Source: an uncultured delta proteobacterium (lineage in GTDB: Bacteria > Bdellovibrionota > FAC87 > UBA2466). From it: a stretch of 64,000 nucleotides of DNA. A program made the position numbers and the translations under genes. Every line of letters starts with the position of its first letter. Within the stretch, counting starts at the first letter, position 1. The DNA is taken from positions 608,001 to 672,000 of the forward strand of contig CAVZSV010000004.1 of the NCBI GenBank assembly GCA_963778115.1, written 5' to 3'. Below the pieces are notes generated by a model. That model saw nothing but the letters and a program-made list of their open reading frames with translations, did not search any database and was not told where the DNA came from. Positions 21,710 through 32,170 of the stretch are shown piece after piece.

Positions 21710-21744
21710 TCTTAAAGTCGCTTGCCAGGTACGGTGGCCGAGCC

Positions 21745-22743
21745 ATGAAGCTCTTAGCCGTAGACACCTCTTGCGACGAATCTTGTGCCGCCATCGTCGA
21801 TACCGAACGCTGGCAGCTGTTAAGCGATATCGTCCATTCGCATGTCGATTCGATGCGTGTCTTTGGCGGAGTTGTCCCCGAAATCGCAAGCCGCGAACAC
21901 TTGAAGGGTTTGCCTCTTGCGGTTTCCGAAGCCCTCCGACAAGCCAATTTGAAACCCCAGGACTTAGACTGGCTTACCGTCACCAATCGGCCTGGCCTTA
22001 TCGGCGCTCTTTTGGTTGGCGTTTCCTTTGTGAAAGCTTTTGCCTACTCCATTCAAAAACCGTTCTCGGTCCTAAACCACATCGAAGCCCACCTTTTCTC
22101 TCCCTGGTTGTGCCGCTTCGAAGGAAACGAGCCTCCTCCCTTTCCTTGGCTTACCCTTGTCGTTAGCGGCGGCCATTCCGAGCTTTTTCTAGTCGAAAAT
22201 ACTTTGCAATATCGTTGGCTCGGCGGAACTCTAGACGATGCCGCGGGCGAAGCTTTCGACAAAGTGGGTAAACTCCTGGGGCTTCCTTATCCAGCGGGAC
22301 CGGTCATCGACCGTTGGGTTGGCTCACAAGCCACGGATGCCCAACGAAAGCAGTTTGATTTTCCACGCGCTAAAGCAAAGGATTACAGTTTCTCTTTCTC
22401 GGGACTAAAGACCGCCGTATCCTTACAGATCAAAAAGCTCTCTCCTTTGGACGAACCGACTCGCCTTGCCATTGCGGCCAGTAGCCAAGAAGCTATTTTG
22501 GATGCCTTGGTTGCTAAACTTCGAGAGAGCCAAAAGCTACTGGGAGTCCAACAAATTATGGTGACCGGAGGTGTTGCCTGTAATTCCCGTCTGCGAGCTA
22601 AACTTCCCGATGCCTATTTCCCTAGTCCAAAGCACTGCACCGATAACGCAGCGATGGTAGCGGTACTCTCCGCACTCTACGAAAAAGAAGGAAAGCTAAT
22701 TCCTTCCCAGTGGAGTGCCACGGCACAGGCCCACCTCGACTAA
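21745..22743 (+). CDS. tsaD: tRNA N6-threonylcarbamoyltransferase
   Basis: DTSCDE, GGVVPEIASREH, NHIEAH, VSGGH, DDAAGEAFDK, FSFSGLKT, CTDNAAM. Confidence 0.97.
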   Translation: MKLLAVDTSCDESCAAIVDTERWQLLSDIVHSHVDSMRVFGGVVPEIASREHLKGLPLAVSEALRQANLKPQDLDWLTVTNRPGLIGALLVGVSFVKAFAYSIQKPFSVLNHIEAHLFSPWLCRFEGNEPPPFPWLTLVVSGGHSELFLVENTLQYRWLGGTLDDAAGEAFDKVGKLLGLPYPAGPVIDRWVGSQATDAQRKQFDFPRAKAKDYSFSFSGLKTAVSLQIKKLSPLDEPTRLAIAASSQEAILDALVAKLRESQKLLGVQQIMVTGGVACNSRLRAKLPDAYFPSPKHCTDNAAMVAVLSALYEKEGKLIPSQWSATAQAHLD

Positions 22744-22765
22744 GCGAGTAGACCAAGGGAAAACT

Positions 22766-23662
22766 TTAATTTTCTTCCTGAACTATTTTTTCAATAGTGT
22801 GGTAGATGGGGCCAGTAATACGCGTTCCTCGGTTCACCTGGGTTAGCCCATTAGTGTGGACTCCGTAAACGACTCTTCTCTCTCCCGAATCAATCGTAAC
22901 GGCGCTTCCACTATTTCCGCCGTAAGTATCGCAGCGATAACTAATCAGCTGACTATCCAATGACCCCATGGGACACGTTGAACTCCAAAGGGTTCCCGAC
23001 GGTTTGTCTCCCGGATATCCTTCTATGGTGACCTTTTGGGTGGGAAGCGAATTATTGAACCCATACGACAGCCATCCGGTCTCTTCACCAACGGGCTTTT
23101 CTAAAATAATGACCGCAAAATCGTACTTCGTATTATGGTCTTCTACCCAGGCGCGTATCGAATAAGCCTTCTCCCACTTAATCGTCGCATAAGGAAACGT
23201 ATTCCCGTTCTGTGCCGGAGAGAATTCGAGTTGGGGCGCCCATCCGCGATCGTGAACGCAATGGCCCGCCGTTAAAACTTCTCGCGGCCCAATGAGCGTA
23301 CCCGTACAGCCATCCGAAATCCTCCCAAAGGCTCGGTGCGGCAGGTCAGTCGTATTAGTAATCTGAACGCGGGGAAAATCTCCAAATATTTTGTCGGTGA
23401 AAAAGACATCTAAAGGCCCCGTCCCTTTTCCGTCGTAAGCTTCGGAGACACCACTTTCGTCCTTTAAATACGCCGGTACTTCGTCTTCCGTGATATCCGT
23501 GGATGAAACATGTCCCGTGGCATCCACGGACATGATTCCAAATAACCTAGCCAATGCAGAGGGAGCGGGATCGTTAGTCCCGAGAGATTTTCCAAAAGCT
23601 ATCGTTCCCCAAAGAAATACCAAGGATAGAAAAAAAGATCCCAGACGAATGCCTCGAACCAT
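22766..23662 (-). CDS. Secreted trypsin-like (glutamyl-endopeptidase-type) serine protease
   Basis: CTGTLIG..VLTAGHC, YDFAVI, GYPGDK, GGNSGS. Confidence 0.9.
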   Translation of the reverse strand: MVRGIRLGSFFLSLVFLWGTIAFGKSLGTNDPAPSALARLFGIMSVDATGHVSSTDITEDEVPAYLKDESGVSEAYDGKGTGPLDVFFTDKIFGDFPRVQITNTTDLPHRAFGRISDGCTGTLIGPREVLTAGHCVHDRGWAPQLEFSPAQNGNTFPYATIKWEKAYSIRAWVEDHNTKYDFAVIILEKPVGEETGWLSYGFNNSLPTQKVTIEGYPGDKPSGTLWSSTCPMGSLDSQLISYRCDTYGGNSGSAVTIDSGERRVVYGVHTNGLTQVNRGTRITGPIYHTIEKIVQEEN

Positions 23663-23838
23663 TGACTCCCCCGACTTGTAAAAACTACGGAATACTTCTT
23701 AGAAAAAAAGAAATCTGTTGTGCTTTCACGAGTAACAAGGGGGAGTGATTGGTGTCAATGCGCACCGGGTGCGAAAAACACTTCGTCTTAACAAACTAGA
23801 TCAAGAAAAAGTCTTTTTTGTTCGCGGCGTCAAAAATA

Positions 23839-23871
23839 AAAGAGGCATCTGTCATCGACAGATGCCTCTTT
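23839..23871 (-). terminator. Rho-independent terminator of the 24849-23890 gene
   Basis: Perfect 15-bp stem AAAGAGGCATCTGTC/GACAGATGCCTCTTT with A/T tracts. Confidence 0.85.
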
Positions 23872-23889
23872 GAAAAAGAAACAAACTTC

Positions 23890-24849
23890 TTAGTATAAGT
23901 ACTGCGTTGTCGTAACGTAGCCCGTACCGTTACACGGAATTCCCGTGAGTGATTCGGCGTACAAAGTAACCGTTACGTTTTCTGCATAGGCTCCTGCCGT
24001 AACCGCTACCGTGTTTCCGACGAAAGGCGAGAAAGACTGTCCAGGTGCTGAACTTGAAGACCCTCCTGTGATCTCAAGTGTCTGAGTCGGATAAGCGACG
24101 ATGGTGAAGTACCACACATTCACGCCATATTCTTGACCGGCGAGAGTTCCCGTAAGGGTACAAGAGAGCGAGTACCCTCCGGTGCCGGTATAGACACACG
24201 TTCCGTTCTCGTAGACGTAACCGGCTGAACAAGTGCCATTCGTCGTTCCAAATTCAAGAGTAATGTAGTTAACAATACCGTTATAGGTCGCGGCAATCGT
24301 CGCCGTCTCTCCGGAGACCTGACCTGTCACATACGCCGAGTTCGTTCCCGTTTGAGAGATCGTAACCGCCGTCGTAGCCGAGTATTGAGAGAAAGTGAAA
24401 GGTTCTGCAATTCCGTTATAAAGAGCAGTAATGAGAACCGGGGTGCCGACTGGTAATCCGGAGACCACTCCCGCGTAATTGGTTCCATAGTTAGCGGTGA
24501 GTGTAATCGCCGTATTGCCTACTGGATTAGTTCCTACGGTAGTAGATCCCAGGGTACACGACGTTGTGTCGTTGTCCGAAGTATCGGTAACCGAAACCGT
24601 ACCCGTGCTAGTTGTCGACGAACCAGTAACGGTAGTGGACGAAGAGGAAATAGCTGCTTCACCGGGGAAAGTAACATCGTAAGGACCGGTACCGCCGGAG
24701 ATAATGGCCTCGACTGAGTAAATGCCCACTCCCGTCGTTGTCGACGTAAGTGAAGCCGAACACGTCAGAGACGTCGATGAGGAGCTGCTTCCACACGCCG
24801 CTAGGACAAGACTTGCTACGATTAACGCTAACCAACCGGTTCTTTTCAT
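23890..24849 (-). CDS. Ser/Thr-rich lipoprotein
   Basis: Lipobox LAAC; RBS AGGAGA; terminator downstream. Confidence 0.8.
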   Translation of the reverse strand: MKRTGWLALIVASLVLAACGSSSSSTSLTCSASLTSTTTGVGIYSVEAIISGGTGPYDVTFPGEAAISSSSTTVTGSSTTSTGTVSVTDTSDNDTTSCTLGSTTVGTNPVGNTAITLTANYGTNYAGVVSGLPVGTPVLITALYNGIAEPFTFSQYSATTAVTISQTGTNSAYVTGQVSGETATIAATYNGIVNYITLEFGTTNGTCSAGYVYENGTCVYTGTGGYSLSCTLTGTLAGQEYGVNVWYFTIVAYPTQTLEITGGSSSSAPGQSFSPFVGNTVAVTAGAYAENVTVTLYAESLTGIPCNGTGYVTTTQYLY

Positions 24850-24907
24850 AACCCTCTCCTAGTATTCCCCGTTTCCTCTGAGAATACGAAACCTACTAAT
24901 ATGATTG

Positions 24908-24923
24908 TGCAATCGCCGGGCCG
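24908..24923 (-). promoter_or_regulatory. sigma54 promoter candidate
   Basis: CGGCCC-GGCGA-TTGCA on the minus strand, upstream of ATG 24849. Confidence 0.5.
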
Positions 24924-25028
24924 ATGCATCCTAGGCGTGGAGGGTGAATTAGTTGTGTGTACTTTTTTTCCAGTTCCCGCAGGCCTCAAAGGTGTAGTAT
25001 CCACAATTCAACTATTTAGAGCGTCTAA

Positions 25029-25454
25029 ATGAATCGTGACTTAGATATCGCAAAACGGCTCCTCGAAGTGATCCCAAAGAGTATGCGAGTAATTCGCAGA
25101 GAACTCCGACAGTTCGCCAAACCCTCGTTGACCGTACCGCAATTCAGAGTCCTTCATCAGATAGCATCGGGGACCCAACTGACTAGTGACTTAGCCGAAC
25201 TGCACGGCATTAGCCTGCCTGCCATGTCCACTTTGGTGGATGGCCTGGTGAAACGCGGATTCATCGTTCGACAACCAGGGATGGTAGATCGAAGACACGT
25301 TGTGCTCAGTCTCACCAAGAAGGGCGAGTCAACCTTTGCGAAAGTACGACAAGGTACCGCGGTAAGGCTCGCTACACTTATCGCTCCTTATGGATCCGAC
25401 GAGAAAGACGCCCTCATTAAAGGTCTTGCGATATTAGACACCATCTTCACATAG
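25029..25454 (+). CDS. MarR family regulator
   Basis: LTVPQFRVL, DLAE..ISLPAMSTLVDGLVKRG, DRR...LSLTKKG. Confidence 0.92.
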   Translation: MNRDLDIAKRLLEVIPKSMRVIRRELRQFAKPSLTVPQFRVLHQIASGTQLTSDLAELHGISLPAMSTLVDGLVKRGFIVRQPGMVDRRHVVLSLTKKGESTFAKVRQGTAVRLATLIAPYGSDEKDALIKGLAILDTIFT

Positions 25455-25475
25455 TGGTCAGAGGTCGCTGAAAGA

Positions 25476-26279
25476 ATGTCCCACCCCAAGTCACATCTAA
25501 AAAGTCTTAACGCCAATGCAAGAAAAAGCCTGAGCCAAAATTTTCTGAGCTCTCCGCATTGGGCTGAAAAACTGGTCATGGAAGTTACCAAAGCCGAAGA
25601 GGTCGACGCTTATTGGGAAGTAGGACCGGGGTTGGGAGCGCTTACCGAGCGTCTAGTCTCCAAAGTAAAAGCTCCCGTTACCGTCTTTGAATTCGATCGA
25701 AAACTCTCAGCCGACCTAAGAGAGCGTTTTCCCAAAGTCACCGTCGTTGAAGGTGATTTTCTTAAAGCGGATTTAGGTCCGCTATTTCCTACTGGAAAAG
25801 TAAACTTACTCTCCAATACTCCTTACCATCTCTCCTCTCCATTGCTCTTTAAGCTATTAGATTTTCGCAATCACTGGAATCGGATCGTGCTCACGTTTCA
25901 AAAAGAGTTTGCCGATCGTTTGATAGCACTACCGCATACCACTGCCTACGGAGGCCCCTCGGTTATCTTTCAGACCGCTTTCTCGATGGCCTCCTTGGGA
26001 ATCATTCCTCCAGGAGCCTTCTATCCGCCGCCTTCGGTCTTTTCTCAAGCAGTCTTACTAAAGCCTTTGGACATTGAGAGCGCTTACTTGGATTCTTTAA
26101 GAAAAGTGGTCCGGGCGGCATTCTCCCATCGCCGCAAGAAATTAACCTCTAACTTAAATGAGGTGTTCCCCAAAGCGCTCGTCGAGAGTGCGGTTACTGA
26201 GTTGAAAATATCGCCCAATGCACGCGCCGAAGAGCTCACCAAAGAAACTTACCAGGACTTAACAAAAAGACTGATTTGA
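25476..26279 (+). CDS. rsmA: 16S rRNA dimethyltransferase
   Basis: KSLSQNFL, EVGPGLGALT, SNTPYHLSS, FQKEFADR, AF.HRRKKL, RAEEL. Confidence 0.93.
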   Translation: MSHPKSHLKSLNANARKSLSQNFLSSPHWAEKLVMEVTKAEEVDAYWEVGPGLGALTERLVSKVKAPVTVFEFDRKLSADLRERFPKVTVVEGDFLKADLGPLFPTGKVNLLSNTPYHLSSPLLFKLLDFRNHWNRIVLTFQKEFADRLIALPHTTAYGGPSVIFQTAFSMASLGIIPPGAFYPPPSVFSQAVLLKPLDIESAYLDSLRKVVRAAFSHRRKKLTSNLNEVFPKALVESAVTELKISPNARAEELTKETYQDLTKRLI

Positions 26280-26282
26280 GAT

Positions 26283-27710
26283 ATGGACGGGGGGCGCGTT
26301 TTTCTTAGAAGTCAAAAAGAGGAAATGTTATTGAGGTTCTGGAAGCTACAGTGGTTCTCGCGGGTATTCTCAACAAGATTAATTACAACAGTGCTTTACG
26401 GTCTTTCACTCCCGATCTATTCGCCCGTAACTCTTGCCACTCAGGCAGAGACTTACGGACTGGGAGGCTCGACGACGTCACGCGTGAGTGGTGTTACCGC
26501 CGACGATCAAAACCCTTTTGCAGCCCTGTACAACCCGGCCCTTATGGCGGCTCAAAAGAGGTCGCTCTTTTCTCTTTCCTCGTTGGGCTCCCAGAGCAAT
26601 TATTCGACCTTTTCGAATGTTCTAGTCGATAGCGCCAAGTATCGCACGAGGGACGGAGCTCAAAGAGTCGACGATTTCACGATTCCGGGCAGCGATGCCT
26701 CCTTGTGGGCGATCGGATTTACCTACCCCTTTTCGCTTCCCAAGTACCTAGGACGCCGAGCCGGATTGGGCCTTGTTGCTTCGGGCCCCTTTGGAAAACT
26801 CAGAAGTTTTTCCTCAGGAACTCCTTACGAATTTACCCCCTTGCGATACGGGACGGCCGATAGGCAATTTAAAGCTACCGCTTCATTGGGAAGTGAAGTG
26901 ATTCCCGAGCATCTCTATTGGGGAGCCGGCCTCTCCTTTTATATTACCGCGGCAGGGGCCGCTAGCGCCGATATCGTAACGATTAATCCCACCGGGCGAC
27001 TCAATCTCGACGTAGGAATGAATAGCTCGCTAGTAGCGGGGCTCTACGGCAAGAGTAGCCTGTGGGGGTTAAACCAGGCGTGGAGTTTAGTCTTTCACCA
27101 AGCGGCAACTCCGACCTTCGATCAGCGCTTCGACGGAACGGTTCAAGTCGCTGGCGCCTCTATTGTGGTTCCCCTTCTGCTTCATACGGCTCTTTATTAC
27201 GAACCCCAAACCATAGAGAGCGATTGGCAAGTCGACTTTGGATTGCTCGTAGCTTCCATAGGAGTGTCTTACCAACGCTGGTCAAGTTTTGAGCCCTCCT
27301 TTCTAACGATCCAATCCCCTGATGCACAAGGACAGATGCAGTCCACTTCAATTCCCAATATTCCCTTCTCCGATACCCTCAATCCTCGACTCTCGATTGA
27401 CGTTCCACTCATTCGAAATCGCTTTTATGCTTCCACAGGCTACGAGTATCGTCCGAGCCCCATGAAAGATCTTTCGGGGCCGGCCAATCTTGTGGATAGC
27501 AATACTCATGTGCTGGGTTTAGGACTTCGCCTTCGCGTTCCTGACAACGAAGTGATACCGATTCCAGTCACCGTCAGCCTTTACGGCCAGTACCAATGGA
27601 TAGCTTCTCGCCACATTGAAAAGTCCGACCCCACGTATATTGGAAACCCAGGCTACGATTTCAGTGGAAATGCTTATACTTACGGTGTTTCGCTCCAGGC
27701 CGACCTTTAG
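26283..27710 (+). CDS. FadL/OmpP1-like outer-membrane transporter (start uncertain)
   Basis: YGLGG...AALYNPA plug motif; amphipathic beta strands; YEYRPSP. Confidence 0.7.
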   Translation: MDGGRVFLRSQKEEMLLRFWKLQWFSRVFSTRLITTVLYGLSLPIYSPVTLATQAETYGLGGSTTSRVSGVTADDQNPFAALYNPALMAAQKRSLFSLSSLGSQSNYSTFSNVLVDSAKYRTRDGAQRVDDFTIPGSDASLWAIGFTYPFSLPKYLGRRAGLGLVASGPFGKLRSFSSGTPYEFTPLRYGTADRQFKATASLGSEVIPEHLYWGAGLSFYITAAGAASADIVTINPTGRLNLDVGMNSSLVAGLYGKSSLWGLNQAWSLVFHQAATPTFDQRFDGTVQVAGASIVVPLLLHTALYYEPQTIESDWQVDFGLLVASIGVSYQRWSSFEPSFLTIQSPDAQGQMQSTSIPNIPFSDTLNPRLSIDVPLIRNRFYASTGYEYRPSPMKDLSGPANLVDSNTHVLGLGLRLRVPDNEVIPIPVTVSLYGQYQWIASRHIEKSDPTYIGNPGYDFSGNAYTYGVSLQADL

Positions 27711-27779
27711 CCTATCGGCCCCAAGAGGCCTCTTGGACGGCAGATGGACTGCCATGACCTCTTTGGGTATAGTGCCCCC

Positions 27780-28604
27780 ATGAGTTCGTCGACGCAGAGC
27801 AGCCCTAGGAAAATAACGGTAAATCAAATCCGCGAGAGAAAAGCCTCTCAAGGAGCCCAGAAGATCGTCACCATTACCGCTTATGATTACACTTTCGCCA
27901 AACTCGTCGATGAGGCCGTCGATATTGTATTAGTTGGTGATTCGCTTGGAATGGTTATTCAGGGAGAAACCAATACCCTTTCCGTTCGAATCGAAGACAT
28001 CATCTACCACACGCGGGCCGTCGCCCGCGGCCTTTCGCACGCGCATCTAGTAGCCGACATGCCATTCATGACCTACCAAACCGGCAGCAAAGACGCTGTC
28101 AGAAATGCTGGCCGCTTGTTATCCGAAGGACATGCCGAAGCTATAAAGCTTGAAGGGGGAGTTGCGGTGGCAAAGATCGTAAGCAAACTCGTTGATTTTG
28201 GAATTCCTGTAATGGGACATATTGGTCTGACGCCCCAAAGCGTTCATGCTTTTGGCGGATACCGCATTCAGGGAAAGACGGATTCCCAAAAGGAATCTAT
28301 CTTGGAAGACGCCTTGGCGCTGGAAGACGCGGGAGCCTACGCGATAGTTCTCGAAGGAATGCCCGCCGACTTGGCGAAACTTATTACGGAACGAATTAAA
28401 ATTCCCACAATCGGTATTGGGGCTGGAGTTCACTGCGACGGTCAAGTGTTGGTCAGTCAGGATCTGCTAGGAATGAACCCCGACTTCCATCCCAGGTTCG
28501 TGAAACCCTATGCCAATCTCGCCGACACGGTAAAAGGGGCGGTGAAACAGTTCGCTTCCGAGGTACACACGGGGGCATTTCCCGAAGAGAGACATTCGTT
28601 TTGA
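27780..28604 (+). CDS. panB: 3-methyl-2-oxobutanoate hydroxymethyltransferase
   Basis: TAYDY, LVGDSLGM, DMPF, KLEGG, GHIGLTPQS, IGIGAG..CDGQVLV. Confidence 0.97.
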   Translation: MSSSTQSSPRKITVNQIRERKASQGAQKIVTITAYDYTFAKLVDEAVDIVLVGDSLGMVIQGETNTLSVRIEDIIYHTRAVARGLSHAHLVADMPFMTYQTGSKDAVRNAGRLLSEGHAEAIKLEGGVAVAKIVSKLVDFGIPVMGHIGLTPQSVHAFGGYRIQGKTDSQKESILEDALALEDAGAYAIVLEGMPADLAKLITERIKIPTIGIGAGVHCDGQVLVSQDLLGMNPDFHPRFVKPYANLADTVKGAVKQFASEVHTGAFPEERHSF

Positions 28605-29470
28605 GAATACCTACGATCTCCCAACCAGAGGCCATTCAGGAATTGGCGCTTCATTGGAAGACTATGGGCAAAATCAGTCTAGTTCCCACCATGGGTTGCC
28701 TTCATGAAGGACACTTGGCGCTCGTGCAAATGGCAAAAGAGTTTTCACAAAAGTGTATCGTAAGCATCTTTGTAAATCCTCTTCAGTTCGGACCGAATGA
28801 GGATTATTCGAAATATCCACGGACCCTCGAGGCCGATCTCGACAAACTCTCAGCCATTGGCGTCGATGCCGTGTTTACTCCTCCTGTCGAGGCTTTTTAT
28901 CCTCCGGGCTTTGCTACTCGGGTCACTGTAAGTGGTTTGCCCGATTCTCTTTGCGGAAAATCTCGCCCCGGGCATTTCGCTGGAGTCGCTACCGTCTGTC
29001 TCAAACTATTTGAATCGACCCAAGCAGACGTTGCCGTCTTCGGCGAAAAAGATTTTCAGCAATTGGCCATCATGAAACAACTAACTCGAGATCTAAATCT
29101 GCCGATTAAAATTCTACCGCACCCGATTATTCGAGAGAAGGACGGTGTCGCCATGAGCTCGCGCAATCGTTATCTATCTCAACAAGAGCGCCAATGGGCC
29201 AGACAGATTCCTCAGTCACTTTCTGAGGCCCAAGAGTTAGCTTGGGTTTCCGAAAAAATCACCGCTGGTGAAATGAAGCACCGAGTGCAAGCCACCCTGA
29301 CGGCTGCTCCGCTTGTCATTGATTACATCGAAGTGGCCTCTTCGCTCGACCTAATACCGGTAATCGATACGGTGCCACTCATGAAAATTAGAGACCCTAG
29401 ACTCTTTGTAGCCGTGAAGGCCGGAGCCACACGTCTTATCGATAATACAGAATTGCGAGGTAACCGGTGA
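28601..29470 (+). CDS. panC: Pantoate-beta-alanine ligase
   Basis: PTMGCLHEGH, SIFVNPLQF, SRPGHF, FGEKDFQQ, AMSSRN, RLIDN. Confidence 0.97.
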   Translation: MRIPTISQPEAIQELALHWKTMGKISLVPTMGCLHEGHLALVQMAKEFSQKCIVSIFVNPLQFGPNEDYSKYPRTLEADLDKLSAIGVDAVFTPPVEAFYPPGFATRVTVSGLPDSLCGKSRPGHFAGVATVCLKLFESTQADVAVFGEKDFQQLAIMKQLTRDLNLPIKILPHPIIREKDGVAMSSRNRYLSQQERQWARQIPQSLSEAQELAWVSEKITAGEMKHRVQATLTAAPLVIDYIEVASSLDLIPVIDTVPLMKIRDPRLFVAVKAGATRLIDNTELRGNR

Positions 29471-30093
29471 TGAAACGACTTAGAGACGTCTTCCTCACCG
29501 GATTTCTAGTACTAGTCCCGTTACTCGCCACAATACAACTGGTGGTCTGGTTCATTCAGACCCTCGACGCTAACATTCGCAGCGTCTTTCCGACCTCCAT
29601 TCTTCCTTTTGATTTTAAGGGGCTCGGAGTTCTTTTTGTCATTGCACTGATTTTTCTAACGGGATTTTTCGCCCATAATTATATCGGCGAATGGTTAGTA
29701 GGCGTTTTTGATAAAGCCATTCGCAAAGTTACGATTGTCGGCGGCATCTATTCGTCTATTAAGAAGTTTCTTGAAACCATTTTTCATCCGGGCAGTGACC
29801 AATTCCACGGAACGGTCTTAATCGAATTCCCCAGAAAGGGGATCTATTCGGTGGGATTTCGAACCGGAAAGCCCGATCCAAAACTAGTGAAAAAGAATCC
29901 ACAAAAATTATCCAACATTTTTGTTCCCTGCACCCCCAATCCCACTTCAGGGTTCTATCTGCTCGTCCCTGAAGAGGAGCTTATTCCTTTAGATCTCTCG
30001 GTACAGGAGGCTTTTAAGATTATTATCTCCATGGGAATCGTAAGCTCTGAAGATGCAACCAATGTGAAGCAAAATGTGAAGCGACATGACTAG
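29467..30093 (+). CDS. DUF502 membrane protein
   Basis: FLTGFLVLVP, IEFPRKG, FVPCTPNPTSGF, ISMG. Confidence 0.9.
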   Translation: MMKRLRDVFLTGFLVLVPLLATIQLVVWFIQTLDANIRSVFPTSILPFDFKGLGVLFVIALIFLTGFFAHNYIGEWLVGVFDKAIRKVTIVGGIYSSIKKFLETIFHPGSDQFHGTVLIEFPRKGIYSVGFRTGKPDPKLVKKNPQKLSNIFVPCTPNPTSGFYLLVPEEELIPLDLSVQEAFKIIISMGIVSSEDATNVKQNVKRHD

Positions 30094-30550
30094 CGAAGGC
30101 GGAATTAAAATCATCACGGACAATCGCAAGGCGTTTCACAACTATTTTATTGAAGACAGATTCGAAGCGGGAATGGTCCTCAAGGGAACGGAAGTGAAAG
30201 CCCTCCGCGAAGGAAAGGTAAATCTTCGTGACGCCTACGCCATTTTCAAGGGAAGTGAACTTTTTTTGGTGAACTGTCATATTAGTCCGTATGAACAGGG
30301 CAACATCGCAAATCATGATCCGTTAAGAACCCGAAAGTTGTTACTCAATCGTTCCGAGCTCACCAAACTCTGGGGGCAATCGGAAATCAAAGGCTACAAC
30401 CTAATTCCCACCAAGATGTACTTCAAAGCAGGAATCGCTAAAGTGGAGATAGCGCTAGGTAAGAGCAAGAAGGCTTTCGATAAACGACAGACCACGAAAG
30501 ACAAAGAAGAGAAACGCGCTCTCGATAGAGCTCGAAAAAGCAATCGCTGA
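30086..30550 (+). CDS. smpB: SsrA-binding protein
   Basis: NRKAFHNY, EAGMVLKGTEVK, RKLLL, GKSKKAFDKR. Confidence 0.97.
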   Translation: MTSEGGIKIITDNRKAFHNYFIEDRFEAGMVLKGTEVKALREGKVNLRDAYAIFKGSELFLVNCHISPYEQGNIANHDPLRTRKLLLNRSELTKLWGQSEIKGYNLIPTKMYFKAGIAKVEIALGKSKKAFDKRQTTKDKEEKRALDRARKSNR

Positions 30551-30560
30551 AAGAAGGAAC

Positions 30561-31136
30561 ATGTCAGCTCAAGAAAGGCGTCCCCCTTCGCTTTGGTTCG
30601 GAACCGCTCTAACGCTATTAATCTTTGTTGCGATTTTTGGATTTCGTTTCTTCACTGGACGAGGAGCCACTCCCCATACGGGCCCCCCTACTATCAAGAA
30701 CGGACTCAAAGAGGTCTTAAGTTGGCCCCGAATGAAAGCCGATGCCTTTGGGTGCAAAATGGAAAAAGAATGGGGAATTCGAGATGCCAAATTTAATTGC
30801 GCTTTGACTCACTACCAAAGTGGGGGCGATCCCTGCAAGAACCCAGAAGCGTACTATGAAGGGCCTAGCCTTCCCGACGATTTTCCGTCCAAACTCCATC
30901 CCCTCTTACAAACCATCCAACTCTCGTGGGAACACGGCGAGCTTCAGGCCGTAAGCCTTTTCTTTAAAGAATCCTTTTCCCGTCCGGAGATGGCGGAGCT
31001 TTTTGGCTACCATATGAGTTCGGACGCGCCGAACATTATGGATTTTTCCACCAAAGGCTGCTCTAAGGAGGGAACCTGTGTGACGCTTCAGGGGTTCGAC
31101 CATGAGGGGGCCGGGGACGTCGACTGTGACGAATAA
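30561..31136 (+). CDS. Hypothetical membrane-anchored Cys-containing protein
   Basis: 191-aa ORF, RBS AAGGA, N-terminal TM. Confidence 0.65.
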   Translation: MSAQERRPPSLWFGTALTLLIFVAIFGFRFFTGRGATPHTGPPTIKNGLKEVLSWPRMKADAFGCKMEKEWGIRDAKFNCALTHYQSGGDPCKNPEAYYEGPSLPDDFPSKLHPLLQTIQLSWEHGELQAVSLFFKESFSRPEMAELFGYHMSSDAPNIMDFSTKGCSKEGTCVTLQGFDHEGAGDVDCDE

Positions 31137-31235
31137 TTATTTCTCATCTATTTGAAATTTCAGTAAAAATTAGTTGTTTCGTGATTAATATAACGCGCAA
31201 TGCTATAAACTCGCCATTTCTCATGGAGTTCCCCC

Positions 31236-32168
31236 GTGGCATTGGCTGTTCCCATAGTAACGAAAAAAAGTCTCCCTTTTGCGGGGCCGCTGTTTGTATT
31301 GGGCTACTGCATTCTGGCCTCAGCCAAAGCCGTTACGGTGGGCCATATGCTTCAAAGTGTGGATGCTTTCCTGCTCGTCTTTGCAAACTTCCTACTTGCG
31401 ACTACGTTTTTCTGTTTCACGGAAAGAAACCTCTTTAAAAGCGGCAAGCTCGAAGGAGCTTCCAAAGACATCTTATGGCTGAATGTCACGACAACCCTTA
31501 GTTGGATCGGTTTTTACTTTGCCCTAAAAGAACTTGAACCTGCCGTTCAAGGCGCAATCGTCTTAGGATTTGGCCCACTTTTCACCGGCTTTCTGATTAA
31601 GATCTTTCGTCCGAAGGCTCCCGCCACCCGTTGGGAAATAATAGCCGGAATTGGCGTACTTCTCTCCATGATCTTTTTGGGTGTCGTTTCCCTAAACGGA
31701 CAAAGCGCGTTACCGAACCTTTCAGGACACTCTCTTACCGTTGGAGTGATAGCGGCTCTGATCGCGGGACTCGGAGTTTCGGGAAATACCGTCTTTTCCA
31801 AACGACTTTCTGATCGCGGTATGACCGCGAGGCAGATCATGGCAGTTCGCTTCTTCATGCTGCTCGTGATCTCCTTCATCGCCATTCTCATTAGACGACC
31901 CGAATGTTCGCTAGTCTGTTCTTCTCCTTGGCTCGTCTTGGTGATTGCGGGTCTAGGAGTCATTCTCCCTTTATATCTTTTACAAAGAGGCATCGTACTT
32001 TCCGAGCCAATGGTAGTGGCACTGCTACTTCCTATGGCGCCTGTAATGACCATGCTCTTTCAGTGGATGGATCCGCGCTTACATTTTTCGGGCCTTAGCC
32101 TTTTAGGTGTGCTGCTAGTAACACTATTTGGATTAACGGGAACTCTCCAAAAATATGTGAAGAGGTAA
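31236..32168 (+). CDS. DMT/EamA family exporter
   Basis: About 10 hydrophobic helices in two similar halves. Confidence 0.75.
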   Translation: MALAVPIVTKKSLPFAGPLFVLGYCILASAKAVTVGHMLQSVDAFLLVFANFLLATTFFCFTERNLFKSGKLEGASKDILWLNVTTTLSWIGFYFALKELEPAVQGAIVLGFGPLFTGFLIKIFRPKAPATRWEIIAGIGVLLSMIFLGVVSLNGQSALPNLSGHSLTVGVIAALIAGLGVSGNTVFSKRLSDRGMTARQIMAVRFFMLLVISFIAILIRRPECSLVCSSPWLVLVIAGLGVILPLYLLQRGIVLSEPMVVALLLPMAPVMTMLFQWMDPRLHFSGLSLLGVLLVTLFGLTGTLQKYVKR

Positions 32169-32170
32169 CT

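Noticed and set aside
31547..32053. 168-aa minus-strand ORF
   Set aside because: Antisense shadow of the EamA transporter.
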